From IMG/VR virus record IMGVR_UViG_3300042350_002985: a DNA stretch of 64,000 bases; one strand, written 5' to 3'. The stretch comes from a virus. Position numbers and translations under genes: made by a program. The notes under the pieces are model-generated. The model did not search any database and was not told the origin of the DNA. It worked only from the letters and a program-made list of their open reading frames with translations. This document shows, piece by piece, positions 30,844 through 40,633 of this stretch. Within the stretch, counting starts at the first letter, position 1, and every line of letters starts with the position of its first letter.

Positions 30844-31218
30844 TTGGCAGCACCAAATATACTAAATGTCAGTTCAATAATTGGAAAAACAACAGCAGTT
30901 ACTCTTGGAACAACTGGGGCTACCAATATTTTAAGCAATGCTTCTGGTTCCAATAAAGTTTTTAAAGTTAATTCTATTGTTGCTGCTAATATTGATGGGA
31001 CAAACAATGCTTCAATTACTTTAAACTATTATTCAGCAGCAAATGCTGGTGGCACTGGAACTTCCTTGGCATTTACCGTCGTAGTCCCAGCAGATGCAAG
31101 TTTAGTTTTGTTGGATAAAAATAGTTTTTTGTATTTGGAAGAAGATAAATCCTTGGGAGCAATTGCAAGTGCTGCGAATGATATATCGATTGTTTGTTCT
31201 TACGAGGAAATTTCCTGA
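30844..31218 (+). CDS. Hypothetical virion protein
   Basis: 124 aa; late-type octamer CATAAATA at 30819. Confidence 0.65.
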   Translation: MAAPNILNVSSIIGKTTAVTLGTTGATNILSNASGSNKVFKVNSIVAANIDGTNNASITLNYYSAANAGGTGTSLAFTVVVPADASLVLLDKNSFLYLEEDKSLGAIASAANDISIVCSYEEIS

Positions 31219-32141
31219 TGACTCGTTGGAATGGGAGTTATATAGGAACATTACAAAATACCTCAGAAACTTCTGCTGGTGGTATTTGGAATCGTAAAAG
31301 ACAAACTTTAGCTAAACAAAATAATGTTTGGCCACTTGAATCTGTACAAAGTTATCAAATTGAATATCTTGTCATAGCAGGTGGTGGTGGTGGATATGGT
31401 GCAAACAATACCATTGGTGGACCCGCTGGTGGTGCTGGTGGTTATTTAACGGCAACTGGCTACACATTAATTTCTGGTAATGTGGTTACTGTAATTGTTG
31501 GTGCGGGGGGTGCAGGTGGAACTTCCCATACAAAGGGCTCAGATTCTTCATTGAGTGGAATTGGTATCACTACAATTACTAGTTTTGGTGGTGGTCGCGC
31601 AGGTGAAACAGGCGGTTCTGGTGGTGGTGGTGGTTACGGTGGTGGTGCTGGAGCAGCTGGTGTTATCGGACAGGGAAACAGCGGTGGAAATGGTGCTGCA
31701 GGTTATCCCGGTGGTGGTGGTGGCGGTGGTGGCGCTGGTAGCTCTGGTTCATCACCACCGAACGGTATAGGTGGTACTGGTGGGGCTGGATTGGCTAGCA
31801 GTATCACTGGTACTAGCATCATGCGAGCTGGTGGTGGTGGTGGTGCCGTTCCTTTTGGTAGTGCAGAGCCACCGGGTCCTGGTGGTACAGGTGGAGGTGG
31901 TAACGGAGGAAATCAAAGCATACCTTCAACCGCTGGTGCAGTAAATACCGGGGGTGGAGGTGGAGCGGGTGCATATTACGGAGGTGCAAATGGTGGTCCT
32001 GGAAGAGCTGGTGGATCTGGTGTAGTTATTCTTCGTATCCCAACTGCTAATTTTAGCGGCACATATACTAACGCAACAGAAACTACGGTCGGCTCTTTTA
32101 AAATATTGACATTTAATTCTTCTGGATCTTATACGGCATAA
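31218..32141 (+). CDS. Glycine-rich (polyglycine) tail fibre tip/adhesin-like protein
   Basis: Likely start MTRWNGSYIG (track ORF starts 31194); multiple GGGGGGGG segments; fibre cluster. Confidence 0.75.
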   Translation: MTRWNGSYIGTLQNTSETSAGGIWNRKRQTLAKQNNVWPLESVQSYQIEYLVIAGGGGGYGANNTIGGPAGGAGGYLTATGYTLISGNVVTVIVGAGGAGGTSHTKGSDSSLSGIGITTITSFGGGRAGETGGSGGGGGYGGGAGAAGVIGQGNSGGNGAAGYPGGGGGGGGAGSSGSSPPNGIGGTGGAGLASSITGTSIMRAGGGGGAVPFGSAEPPGPGGTGGGGNGGNQSIPSTAGAVNTGGGGGAGAYYGGANGGPGRAGGSGVVILRIPTANFSGTYTNATETTVGSFKILTFNSSGSYTA

Positions 32142-32145
32142 TATT

Positions 32146-32478
32146 ATGGCTCACTTTGCAGAAATAGATTCAAATAATAGAGTTCTTAGAGTGATTGTAG
32201 TTGCTAATGATTTGGAATTCATTGGTTCTCAATGGTGTCATGATAATTTTGGTGGAACTTGGATTCAAACTTCATATAATAAAAATATGCGTAAAAATTA
32301 TGCTGGTATTGGTTATTATTATGATAAATATCGTGATGCCTTTATTCCACCCCAACCATTCATATCTTGGATATTTGATGAAGAAACTTGTAATTGGAAA
32401 CCACCAATTCCATATCCCAATGATGGTAAGTATTATATTTGGAATGAAAGTATGCAAAATTGGGAATTAAAATCTTGA
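32146..32478 (+). CDS. Hypothetical conserved phage protein
   Basis: MAHFAEIDSNNRVLRVIVVAND...CHDNFGGTWIQTSYNKNMRKNYAGIGYYYD pattern of short marine-phage proteins. Confidence 0.7.
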   Translation: MAHFAEIDSNNRVLRVIVVANDLEFIGSQWCHDNFGGTWIQTSYNKNMRKNYAGIGYYYDKYRDAFIPPQPFISWIFDEETCNWKPPIPYPNDGKYYIWNESMQNWELKS

Positions 32479-32502
32479 CAATATACTAATTTTATGTATA
32501 TT
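32475..32502 (+). promoter_or_regulatory. Sigma70-like promoter upstream of dUTPase gene
   Basis: TTGACA-16 nt-TATATT, 6 nt before ATG 32509. Confidence 0.65.
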
Positions 32503-32508
32503 TAAATC

Positions 32509-33027
32509 ATGAGTCTCAAAGTATTCAAAGTAGAACCAGACGCACAGATTCCAAATTATCAAACTCGCAAAGCAGCCTGCTTTGACCTATCAGCATATAT
32601 TCCATCCAACTCAAAGGTAAACATCTGGGCTGGAAAGACTCAAAGAGAATTCAGAGTAGAACATGATGGTTCAAATGGAAAGTCTTATATTTCCATCGCA
32701 CCAAACGAAAGAGCCATGATTCGCACAGGATTGATCTTTGATCTCCCTGAAGGATATTCTATGCGCATTCACCCAAGGTCTGGAATGGCCTTGAAGTATG
32801 GATTGATTCTTGCCAACTGTGAGGGTGTTATTGACGAGGATTATGTCAATGAAACCCAGATAATTGTTCTCAATAGTTCAGACGAGATTATGAAAGTCTA
32901 TCATGGAGATAGGATTGCTCAGGGTGAATTGGTACGATATGAGCAATTTGATATTGAAGAAACTTGGGAACAACCCACACAGAAATCAAACCGTGTTGGT
33001 GGCTTTGGAAGTACTGGAAAAAATTAA
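32509..33027 (+). CDS. dut: dUTPase
   Basis: RKAACFDLSAY, MRIHPRSGMALKYGL, GVIDEDY, GDRIAQGELV; C-terminal RVGGFGSTGK. Confidence 0.95.
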   Translation: MSLKVFKVEPDAQIPNYQTRKAACFDLSAYIPSNSKVNIWAGKTQREFRVEHDGSNGKSYISIAPNERAMIRTGLIFDLPEGYSMRIHPRSGMALKYGLILANCEGVIDEDYVNETQIIVLNSSDEIMKVYHGDRIAQGELVRYEQFDIEETWEQPTQKSNRVGGFGSTGKN

Positions 33028-34613
33028 TCTGTTTCTGCTTGTAGATCAGAACTAGAAAGAACCTTATTCCAATACTTGAAAGAACTTATTGTCCCATTCA
33101 TATGTCTTGTGAATGAAGATGTATCAATGTCTCCTGGGAATAGATTGCTTTCTCCAGCACAACAGCCCAGTGTAAACCAATCTCCATACGATCCAGTTCC
33201 CAAATTTGATATATTACCAATAGTAAAGTAGGTTAAACCACCATTTAGTGATGCGGTTATGCCTGCATCAGATCCTCTTACATAAGAGAACGCCAATTTA
33301 TTTGCACTCTTTAGACCTGGAATTGTAACTGTTTTTGATTGTGAACCAAAAATTAAATTTTGCGTTCCGCCAGTGTATCCAACAAACAATGTCTTATTTG
33401 TTAGTGATGAAGTTGATAAAAGAATTTGTCTATTTAAAGAAGTACCAGAAATATCCGGTATAGTGTTAAATTCTAGTGCAAATGTACCAGATGCACCGGA
33501 GAACCAAGAAGTCAATCCTGTTTGTTGATAGACATTATCGGCATTTCTTGTTACTGTTGTAAATGATGGTGCAGAAATAAAACTTGATGCAGAGTTTCCT
33601 CTTTCATATTGTGCACCCCAAATATAGATGGAATCACCAGTTCCGACTTGGGCATTTCCATATGCAGCACCTTTATAATAATTTATTGCAACTCTAAAAA
33701 TAATATTTGACCAATTAGTTGTTATAAATGGTGGTTGTGGGGTCCATTCAATTCGTGTCCATTCTGTTGTACTCAAACCTACAACACCCTTCCAATTAAG
33801 TTCTCCTGTTGGACTATTTTCTATTGATCCCGGACCACTTACGACACGTAGATTGCATGGTATTGTTATTTGATTGCCTGCGCAGGTTCCAACAACATTT
33901 ATTGTTCCAGAAGTTGCTGTTCTTGCTCGTAACCATACGGAACCAGCATAAAAGTCATTGGCGGTTACACCTGATGTAGTAATTGTAGAAAATGCCCAAG
34001 CAAATGGAACTGCAGCAGGTGATTGTAAATATATGGGATAGTTTGCAGCAGAAAGTCCATTTGGTGCAAAAATTGTAGAATCAACAGTTCTTGTGCAGTT
34101 TGTTAAAGTCCATCCACCAGAAGTCCCTGGAGGTGTTATAGCAAATCCTTCATTATATCGAAGATAATTTGTTCTTGATGGTTCGATTACGAGTCCCTGT
34201 GGAGCTTGTGACCAAACATTGAATCTTGGTGTATTTCCACCAACTGTTTGTACTAAACCAGTAAGGCCCAAATATGTGGCAGAACCACTTCTCAAGAAAG
34301 AGAATTGGGTTCCTAAAGTACCCCCATCAAAATTTACATAGAGTATATAAGATGTATTTCCGGGTGTAAATGGAGTTACTGTTGTTATTGGTGCACTTCC
34401 ACCATCATATGAGGCATAATCAAGCATCATAATGGAATCTTGGAATGAGATGTTATTCATCACCATTCCATTGTTCACATTCTCCCAAAGTTGCATGGTA
34501 TCATTCCATCGGAATGGCCCCATTGGGGTGTTTACAAGTCTTCCACCGTAGCCAGCCATGGTTTGTTCCTGCATGCTGGCAAAAAATGTGTCCATTATCT
34601 TCTTTACGCCCAT
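33024..34613 (-). CDS. Tail fibre/adhesin-like protein (LamG-type domain)
   Basis: 529 aa; GLVIEPSRTNYLRYNEGF, IYIWGAQYERGN; similar layout to 28619..30016 product. Confidence 0.65.
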   Translation of the reverse strand: MGVKKIMDTFFASMQEQTMAGYGGRLVNTPMGPFRWNDTMQLWENVNNGMVMNNISFQDSIMMLDYASYDGGSAPITTVTPFTPGNTSYILYVNFDGGTLGTQFSFLRSGSATYLGLTGLVQTVGGNTPRFNVWSQAPQGLVIEPSRTNYLRYNEGFAITPPGTSGGWTLTNCTRTVDSTIFAPNGLSAANYPIYLQSPAAVPFAWAFSTITTSGVTANDFYAGSVWLRARTATSGTINVVGTCAGNQITIPCNLRVVSGPGSIENSPTGELNWKGVVGLSTTEWTRIEWTPQPPFITTNWSNIIFRVAINYYKGAAYGNAQVGTGDSIYIWGAQYERGNSASSFISAPSFTTVTRNADNVYQQTGLTSWFSGASGTFALEFNTIPDISGTSLNRQILLSTSSLTNKTLFVGYTGGTQNLIFGSQSKTVTIPGLKSANKLAFSYVRGSDAGITASLNGGLTYFTIGNISNLGTGSYGDWFTLGCCAGESNLFPGDIDTSSFTRHMNGTISSFKYWNKVLSSSDLQAETD

Positions 34614-34630
34614 TTGTTTCCTCTATAGGA

Positions 34631-34873
34631 TTATTTATCTTCTGATTTGGGTGGTGTTTTGATTAAAAATTTTCTAACTTCTTTCCAAATAAACCAAACT
34701 GCAATCATGCAAATTATCACATACCAGAAAGACCATTCAGAAGCCTGACTGGGGCTTCCAAAAAATGGTTCCTTCAGGACGCTATGAATTGGGTTTCCCT
34801 TCTTGTCTAAAGGAGAGATAATTTGGGGTGTGGTGCAGGAAGCGAGCAACAATAATGGTAAAAGATATTTCAT
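34631..34873 (-). CDS. Small lipoprotein-like membrane protein
   Basis: N-terminal MKYLLPLLLLASC lipobox-like sequence plus second hydrophobic segment WYVIICMIAVWFIW. Confidence 0.6.
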   Translation of the reverse strand: MKYLLPLLLLASCTTPQIISPLDKKGNPIHSVLKEPFFGSPSQASEWSFWYVIICMIAVWFIWKEVRKFLIKTPPKSEDK

Positions 34874-35304
34874 GACTTATTTGCTCCTGCGGCTGTTCCA
34901 AAGTAAAATCCTACCACTGCCAAAAGAACTTGACGATTTTCTTCAGCAAACAGATATCCTGGAATTTCTACAAAATACTTTTTGGTTGTTTCAGGAATCA
35001 TTCCAAAGAAACTTGAAGGTTGTGTTTGAGTAAATTCAGCAAATGTCGAAATTCCAAAGAAAGGAAGAACAAATGGGGCTGCTACCACGGCAAACAAGCA
35101 TGCAAGAACAATTATTCGTCTAACATTCTTGCCCATATCAAGTGGAACTCTTTGAGCAGCCTTGTCTTGATTGTCTGTGGTTTGCTTGTTGGCTCCCATG
35201 GCCATTTCAAACATTTCCTTGCGATCTTGGGCCTGTTGAGCCCAATAACGGAATAGGAATCCTGTGACCCCTCCACCTAATAATGATATTAATTCTGTTG
35301 GCAT
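34870..35304 (-). CDS. Membrane protein (holin-like candidate)
   Basis: 144 aa with two or three hydrophobic segments (IIVLACLFAVVAAPFVLPFF; VLLAVVGFYFGTAAG). Confidence 0.6.
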   Translation of the reverse strand: MPTELISLLGGGVTGFLFRYWAQQAQDRKEMFEMAMGANKQTTDNQDKAAQRVPLDMGKNVRRIIVLACLFAVVAAPFVLPFFGISTFAEFTQTQPSSFFGMIPETTKKYFVEIPGYLFAEENRQVLLAVVGFYFGTAAGANKS

Positions 35305-35311
35305 AAAATCC

Positions 35312-35920
35312 TCAATTCTTTTGTTGTGAAAGTTGCATTTCTATAGAATCACGAATAGATTCAAAATTATTCATGGCTTCTTCCTGAGCTTCACTTGGAA
35401 TTTCAAAATCACGATGCCATTGAACCAAGATAAAACCTACGTTCGCACCCTTATTTTTTAATGGTAAACATGAATATTGGGAAACATTTTCATCTTCAAA
35501 AAAGCCCTTCACATAACTGTGTGGGAGCATATTTGCATGATGAATGGTGCTTTTATTTTCCACAATCTTTGTCAATAAGGGAATATACATTGAACACAGA
35601 TTTCCCTTGAGTTTCATTACCTGTGATGTATATCCCTTGTGTGTTGATTCGTGAGTAACGGAGAATTTGCGCATTGAAATTCCATCCATTGTGTACTCAC
35701 CATTATGGAACTGAATTATGCTGGCTCTCATGGCAGTATTTTTAATTCTAAGTTCCGTAAGAAGTTCATGAATTTCTGTGTGAACTTCTATAAAATTATC
35801 ATCTTTCTTTTTTCCTTGCCAAAATTTTACGATTCCCCAAACGACCCCTAGGGTTCCTGCGACTACTAATGTTGTGGCTTCAAGAAATTTGGTAGGGTCT
35901 ATTAGGGAAATAAGGTACAT
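35312..35920 (-). CDS. Membrane-anchored protein with GAF-like domain
   Basis: N-terminal TM followed by RASIIQFHNGEYTMDGISMRKFSVTHES...YSCLPLKNKGANVGFILVQW. Confidence 0.55.
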   Translation of the reverse strand: MYLISLIDPTKFLEATTLVVAGTLGVVWGIVKFWQGKKKDDNFIEVHTEIHELLTELRIKNTAMRASIIQFHNGEYTMDGISMRKFSVTHESTHKGYTSQVMKLKGNLCSMYIPLLTKIVENKSTIHHANMLPHSYVKGFFEDENVSQYSCLPLKNKGANVGFILVQWHRDFEIPSEAQEEAMNNFESIRDSIEMQLSQQKN

Positions 35921-35927
35921 CTTAATG

Positions 35928-36317
35928 AAACTCCGGGATGACTTTAATATTTATATTCTTGACACCATGGCTTGTGGTGCTATACTAAGGCATATGACAA
36001 GAGAAGAACTATTCCGATTACACGAAGAAATTTGCACTGGTGCCAAAGAATTAATGAAGAAAAAGAATGCAGATTATGCCTGCAGTACTGATCCTTTCAT
36101 GAATTTTCGACGCGCCGAGTTTTTGGGTTTCAGCACGGCTGAAATGGGCGTTTTGATTCGGATGACGGATAAGATGTCCAGAATTTCCACATTCTTGAAC
36201 CGTGGCCAACTCTCTTTGGAAAATGAGAGTGTTTATGACGCAATTGTTGACATGATTAACTATAGTGTCATACTTGCTGGTCTACTCAAGGACAGGGAAA
36301 CAAACAAGCCACAATGA
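35928..36317 (+). CDS. Nucleotide modification-associated-like hypothetical protein
   Basis: Likely start MKLRDDF (track ORF 35874); ELMKKKNADYACSTDPFMNFRRAEFLG...VYDAIVDMINYSVILAGLL pattern. Confidence 0.55.
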   Translation, partial: KLRDDFNIYILDTMACGAILRHMTREELFRLHEEICTGAKELMKKKNADYACSTDPFMNFRRAEFLGFSTAEMGVLIRMTDKMSRISTFLNRGQLSLENESVYDAIVDMINYSVILAGLLKDRETNKPQ

Positions 36318-38818
36318 AATTTTATACTGCCTGCGCAATCAAGGGCAACAAGATTCTTGTAAGAGGGTATAAGGACGGAGTTCGGTTTACCGACTCCGTT
36401 TCCTTTAAGCCATCTTTGTTCATCAAATCTGACAAGGAAACCAAGTACAAGACTCTCAATGGCATTGGTGTCAAGAGAATGGTCTTTGACACCCTCTATG
36501 ACTGCAGGGAGTTCTTGAAGCAATATGAGGACTTGAATGATTCGCCAATTTACGGAAATACTGATTTCGTCACTCAATATCTCTTGGAGACTTACGAGAG
36601 TGAGGTGGTATACGATCTTTCCCAAATCAAGATAGCCTACTTTGACATTGAGACAGAGACTGAAGGGGGTTTCCCAGATCTTCGCAATCCAAATGAGAAG
36701 ATCAATATCATCGGTGTTAGAATATCCGGCGTCAACTATGCCATTACTGAGAAGCAAGTCTCCATTCCCAACTGCAAACTTATTCTAGTTTCGTCCGAGA
36801 AAGAACTTATTCAAAAGTTCTTTGAGTTGCTTCGCAAAGAAGACATTGACGTACTTACTGGATGGAACGTCAAACTCTTTGATATTCCTTACATCATTGG
36901 TAGGGCTCGCTTGTTCTTCGATGACAAGGAGATTCAGTCTTGGCTTCCTTTCAATCTAATGAAAGAGCGTGAGACAAACATTGGTGGAACTGATTACAGA
37001 TTGTTTGAGTTTCCGGGATATACCACGCTTGACTACATGGATCTCTACAAGAAGTTCTCTGGAACAAGCCAAGAGAGTTATGCCCTAAATTTTATTGCCA
37101 AAGCGGAGTTGGATGAACAGAAACTGGATTACGCGGAGTATGGCTCATTGCGTGAGTTTTACACCAAGGACTTCCAGAGATTTGCGGAGTATAACATTCA
37201 AGACGTTGAACTCGTTGAAAAACTAGACAACAAACTTAGACTGATTGACTTGGCTATTTCGATTGCATATGAAGCCAAGATTCCATTTGATGTTGTGTTC
37301 TTTGCCACAAGAATCTGGGGAACGATCTGCTGCGACTATCTTCTTCGCAAGGATATCATCCCACCAATACAGACTTCATATGCCAAGGATGACCAGTTTG
37401 TAGGTGCATATGTCAAGGATGTTGCCCCAGGTTTGTACAAAAATGTAGTGAGCTTCGATGCCACAAGCCTGTATCCCAGCATCATAATGGGGTGGAATAT
37501 TTCTCCCGAGACTTGCATAAAGAAAGATGCATCTTTAAGTGCAGATGATTTCTTGAGAAGCAAGAAAAAACAAATTCCTTCTTTGGTTGAAGAAGCGTCA
37601 AAGCAAAATGCTTGTCTGTCATGCAACGGATCCATGTTTACGAATAATATTCGTGGATTTATTCCTATTCTGATTGAACGTACATTCAATCAGAGAAAGG
37701 AAGCCAAGAACAAGATGTTGGAGTTGGAGAAGGAGTATGAGCATTCCAAGGATGCCAATCTTCTTCCACGCATTGCGGCATTGAAGATTCGTCAATCAGT
37801 CAAGAAGATTTTGGCAAACAGTCTTTATGGTTGCTTGGGAAACCCAGCGTTCATATATTCGTCACCTGAATTGGCAACTGCAGTTACTGTTACGGGTCAG
37901 GTAATCATTCGGACTGCAGAGAACTGCATGAATGGTTACATTCGCCATTTGACCAAGGACAATTACAAGGATTATGTCCTTGCCGTGGATACGGATTCTG
38001 TCTATCTGAATCTTGACGATATCATTACTCAAATTCAGCAAAAGACCCAGATCACGGACATCACCGATTTCGTTGACAAGATCTGTGAACAAAAGATTCA
38101 ACCAGAACTCAAGAAAGAAATGGATCTTCTCACAAAAACATTGAATTGCTCTGAGAACAAGATCTTCTTCAAGCGTGAAGCAATTGCTTCCGCTGGAATG
38201 TTCATTGCCAAGAAGCGGTATGCTCTGCTTGTGCAGGATCTTGAAGGCATTCGCTTTGAAGAACCCAAACTGAAGATCATGGGTCTGGAAACTGCACGAA
38301 GCAGCACACCAGCAATCGTTAGAAAGAAACTAAAAGACTGTATTAAGATAATTTTGACCAAAACCCCAGAGGAGCTGCGACAATATGTGAATGAATTCTA
38401 TGATGAATTTATGATACTTCCTATATCTGATGTCGCAGCTCCTCGGGGAGTCAAGGGAATCAACAAGTATTCTGACAATACAAAGATTTACCAAACTGGA
38501 ACACCGATTGCAACCAAGGCTGCATTGCTTTACAACAGTTACAGCAAGAAGATTGGAATTGACAAGCAGTATGCGGCAATCAAAGAAAACGACAAGATGA
38601 AGTTTGTCTTTGTGAAGATTCCAAATCCATATGGAATGGCAGGCAAAGATGCTGTAATGGGCTTCATCAATAGTCCCCCCAAGGAATTTAATCTTGAAAA
38701 ATACATTGATCGCAAGAAGCAATTTGAAAAAACTTTTGGAGAGCCATTGGACAATATTTTGCAGGCAATAAATTGGAAACTAAATGCAGAGGTCTCACTT
38801 GAATCTTTCTTTGTATGA
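36314..38818 (+). CDS. gp43: Family B DNA polymerase (gp43-like)
   Basis: IAYFDIETE, DVLTGWNVKLFDIPYI, FDATSLYPSIIMGWNISPET, KILANSLYGCLGN, AVDTDSVYLN. Confidence 0.97.
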   Translation: MKFYTACAIKGNKILVRGYKDGVRFTDSVSFKPSLFIKSDKETKYKTLNGIGVKRMVFDTLYDCREFLKQYEDLNDSPIYGNTDFVTQYLLETYESEVVYDLSQIKIAYFDIETETEGGFPDLRNPNEKINIIGVRISGVNYAITEKQVSIPNCKLILVSSEKELIQKFFELLRKEDIDVLTGWNVKLFDIPYIIGRARLFFDDKEIQSWLPFNLMKERETNIGGTDYRLFEFPGYTTLDYMDLYKKFSGTSQESYALNFIAKAELDEQKLDYAEYGSLREFYTKDFQRFAEYNIQDVELVEKLDNKLRLIDLAISIAYEAKIPFDVVFFATRIWGTICCDYLLRKDIIPPIQTSYAKDDQFVGAYVKDVAPGLYKNVVSFDATSLYPSIIMGWNISPETCIKKDASLSADDFLRSKKKQIPSLVEEASKQNACLSCNGSMFTNNIRGFIPILIERTFNQRKEAKNKMLELEKEYEHSKDANLLPRIAALKIRQSVKKILANSLYGCLGNPAFIYSSPELATAVTVTGQVIIRTAENCMNGYIRHLTKDNYKDYVLAVDTDSVYLNLDDIITQIQQKTQITDITDFVDKICEQKIQPELKKEMDLLTKTLNCSENKIFFKREAIASAGMFIAKKRYALLVQDLEGIRFEEPKLKIMGLETARSSTPAIVRKKLKDCIKIILTKTPEELRQYVNEFYDEFMILPISDVAAPRGVKGINKYSDNTKIYQTGTPIATKAALLYNSYSKKIGIDKQYAAIKENDKMKFVFVKIPNPYGMAGKDAVMGFINSPPKEFNLEKYIDRKKQFEKTFGEPLDNILQAINWKLNAEVSLESFFV

Positions 38819-39059
38819 TGTAGAATATAGAAAAGCAATGAATAAAATCTATAAAAAATATCAAACACCAAAAATTAAAAAAGAGTATTATCTCAACGAT
38901 AATCCTTTTCATGTTCCTACACGCCCAACTTCTGTAATTCCTCAAGCAATAAAGGACTCTCTAAAGGAGAAAGATGCAAAGATTGCTGAGTTGACTGAAG
39001 AGTTGGAAGAACTCAAGAAGGAACTAGAAACCATGCGTGCCATGATGGAAGAATGTTAA
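38784..39059 (+). CDS. Hypothetical protein with C-terminal coiled coil
   Basis: 91 aa; KDAKIAELTEELEELKKELETMRAMMEEC. Confidence 0.55.
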   Translation: MQRSHLNLSLYDVEYRKAMNKIYKKYQTPKIKKEYYLNDNPFHVPTRPTSVIPQAIKDSLKEKDAKIAELTEELEELKKELETMRAMMEEC

Positions 39060-39062
39060 GAT

Positions 39063-39359
39063 ATGGTAAAGAAAATTAAATCTAGATATGGTGATGAAAG
39101 AATTATCACACTTCTTGAAGATGGATCTTACAAAGTCGAAGGCAGGTCTTTGTACTCTCGCTTTGGCGATGGTCTATTTGATTTTGAAGGTGGGCCATGC
39201 TTTATCGTTGGTAACCGACTACTTGATGTTGAAGATGATGTAGTCATCGAATCCATCAAGATTATTCATGACACTCCTGAAGGTGTCGCTGGTTGTATTT
39301 TGTACGTAAAGGAAAATAATGTCAAAGTATCTAAAAAGTCTAATAGGAAAAATAAATAA
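39063..39359 (+). CDS. Hypothetical protein
   Basis: 98 aa in replication cluster; overlaps uvsX start. Confidence 0.6.
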   Translation: MVKKIKSRYGDERIITLLEDGSYKVEGRSLYSRFGDGLFDFEGGPCFIVGNRLLDVEDDVVIESIKIIHDTPEGVAGCILYVKENNVKVSKKSNRKNK

Positions 39360-40341
39360 CCCAGACGCAAAGATTGTTGAAGAGGGACTGGAGGGTTCAG
39401 ATGTCACTGGATTCATTGACACTGGATCTTATGTGCTAAATGCACTTCTCTCAGGAACAATCTATGGTGGTCTTCCAAACAACAAGATCTCATGCTTGGC
39501 TGGTGATCCTGCTACTGGTAAAACCTTTTATGCGATTGGTATTGCGTCACAATTCTTAAAGGACAATAAAGATGGTGTCGTGGTTTACTTTGATACCGAG
39601 CAGGCTGTAACAACCGATATGTTTAAGCAGCGTGGTATTGATACTGAAAGAGTTGCGGTGGTTCCTGTTGCAACTATTGAGGAATTCAAGACACAATCTC
39701 TGAAGATTGTAAATGACATTCTTGAACAGCCTGAAGAAGATCGCAAGCCAGTTCTATTCGTTCTTGATTCTCTTGGAATGTTGTCAACAGAGAAGGAAAT
39801 GAACGACTCTGCTGAAGGCAAGAATGTCCGTGACATGACCAAGGCTCAACAGACCAAAGCAACATTTCGTGTGCTCACTCTAAAACTTGGTAAGGCTAAG
39901 ATTCCCATGTTGATGACTAACCACACATATCAGGTCATTGGCGCTTATGTTCCAACCAAGGAACTTGGTGGTGGTATTGGTTTGAAGTATGCTGCAAGCA
40001 ATATTCTAACACTTTCCAAGAGCAAGGACAAGACCGATGAAGGTGTTGTTGGTATCTTCATCAAGTGCACAAACTACAAGAACAGGTTCGTAAAGGAGAA
40101 CATGAATGTAGAGACTCGCTTGAATTACACTTCAGGACTAAGCCGTTATTACGGGCTGACTGAACTTGCAATAAAGTATGGTATCTTCAAGAAGGTATCT
40201 ACACGAATTGAACTCCCAGATGGAAGCAAAGTATTTGAGAAAAACATCGATGACGAGCCTGAGAAATACTACACAAAAGATATCCTAGATAAGTTGGACG
40301 CAGAGATTCAAAAGGATTTCAAGTATGGACAAAACACCTAA
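39319..40341 (+). CDS. uvsX: UvsX-like RecA recombinase
   Basis: LAGDPATGKTFYAIGIA, DGVVVYFDTEQAVT, VLFVLDSLGML. Confidence 0.95.
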   Translation: MSKYLKSLIGKINNPDAKIVEEGLEGSDVTGFIDTGSYVLNALLSGTIYGGLPNNKISCLAGDPATGKTFYAIGIASQFLKDNKDGVVVYFDTEQAVTTDMFKQRGIDTERVAVVPVATIEEFKTQSLKIVNDILEQPEEDRKPVLFVLDSLGMLSTEKEMNDSAEGKNVRDMTKAQQTKATFRVLTLKLGKAKIPMLMTNHTYQVIGAYVPTKELGGGIGLKYAASNILTLSKSKDKTDEGVVGIFIKCTNYKNRFVKENMNVETRLNYTSGLSRYYGLTELAIKYGIFKKVSTRIELPDGSKVFEKNIDDEPEKYYTKDILDKLDAEIQKDFKYGQNT

Positions 40342-40633
40342 GTTCAAGTATGTTCCTGAAGCATCTTCAGATGTGGGAGCAAATTGCCCCATTCAAATAT
40401 TGGAAGGAAAATACAAGGACATCATATATCGATATGGAAAAATTTCATTAAAAGAAACAGCGAACGAAGAGATTAACGTTACAATGGAAATTGATGTATT
40501 GAAAGCACCAGAAAACTTTGATCAACAGCAAGAAGATTTTACAAATGCAGTTGGTCAAATTTTTACACAGATTGTCGAAGAGGGAATTGAACAGGAACCC
40601 GTTGATCTTGAGGACGATGTTCACCAAGATTAA
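40325..40633 (+). CDS. Hypothetical protein between uvsX and gene 41 homologues
   Basis: 102 aa acidic protein, overlaps uvsX end. Confidence 0.6.
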   Translation: MDKTPKFKYVPEASSDVGANCPIQILEGKYKDIIYRYGKISLKETANEEINVTMEIDVLKAPENFDQQQEDFTNAVGQIFTQIVEEGIEQEPVDLEDDVHQD

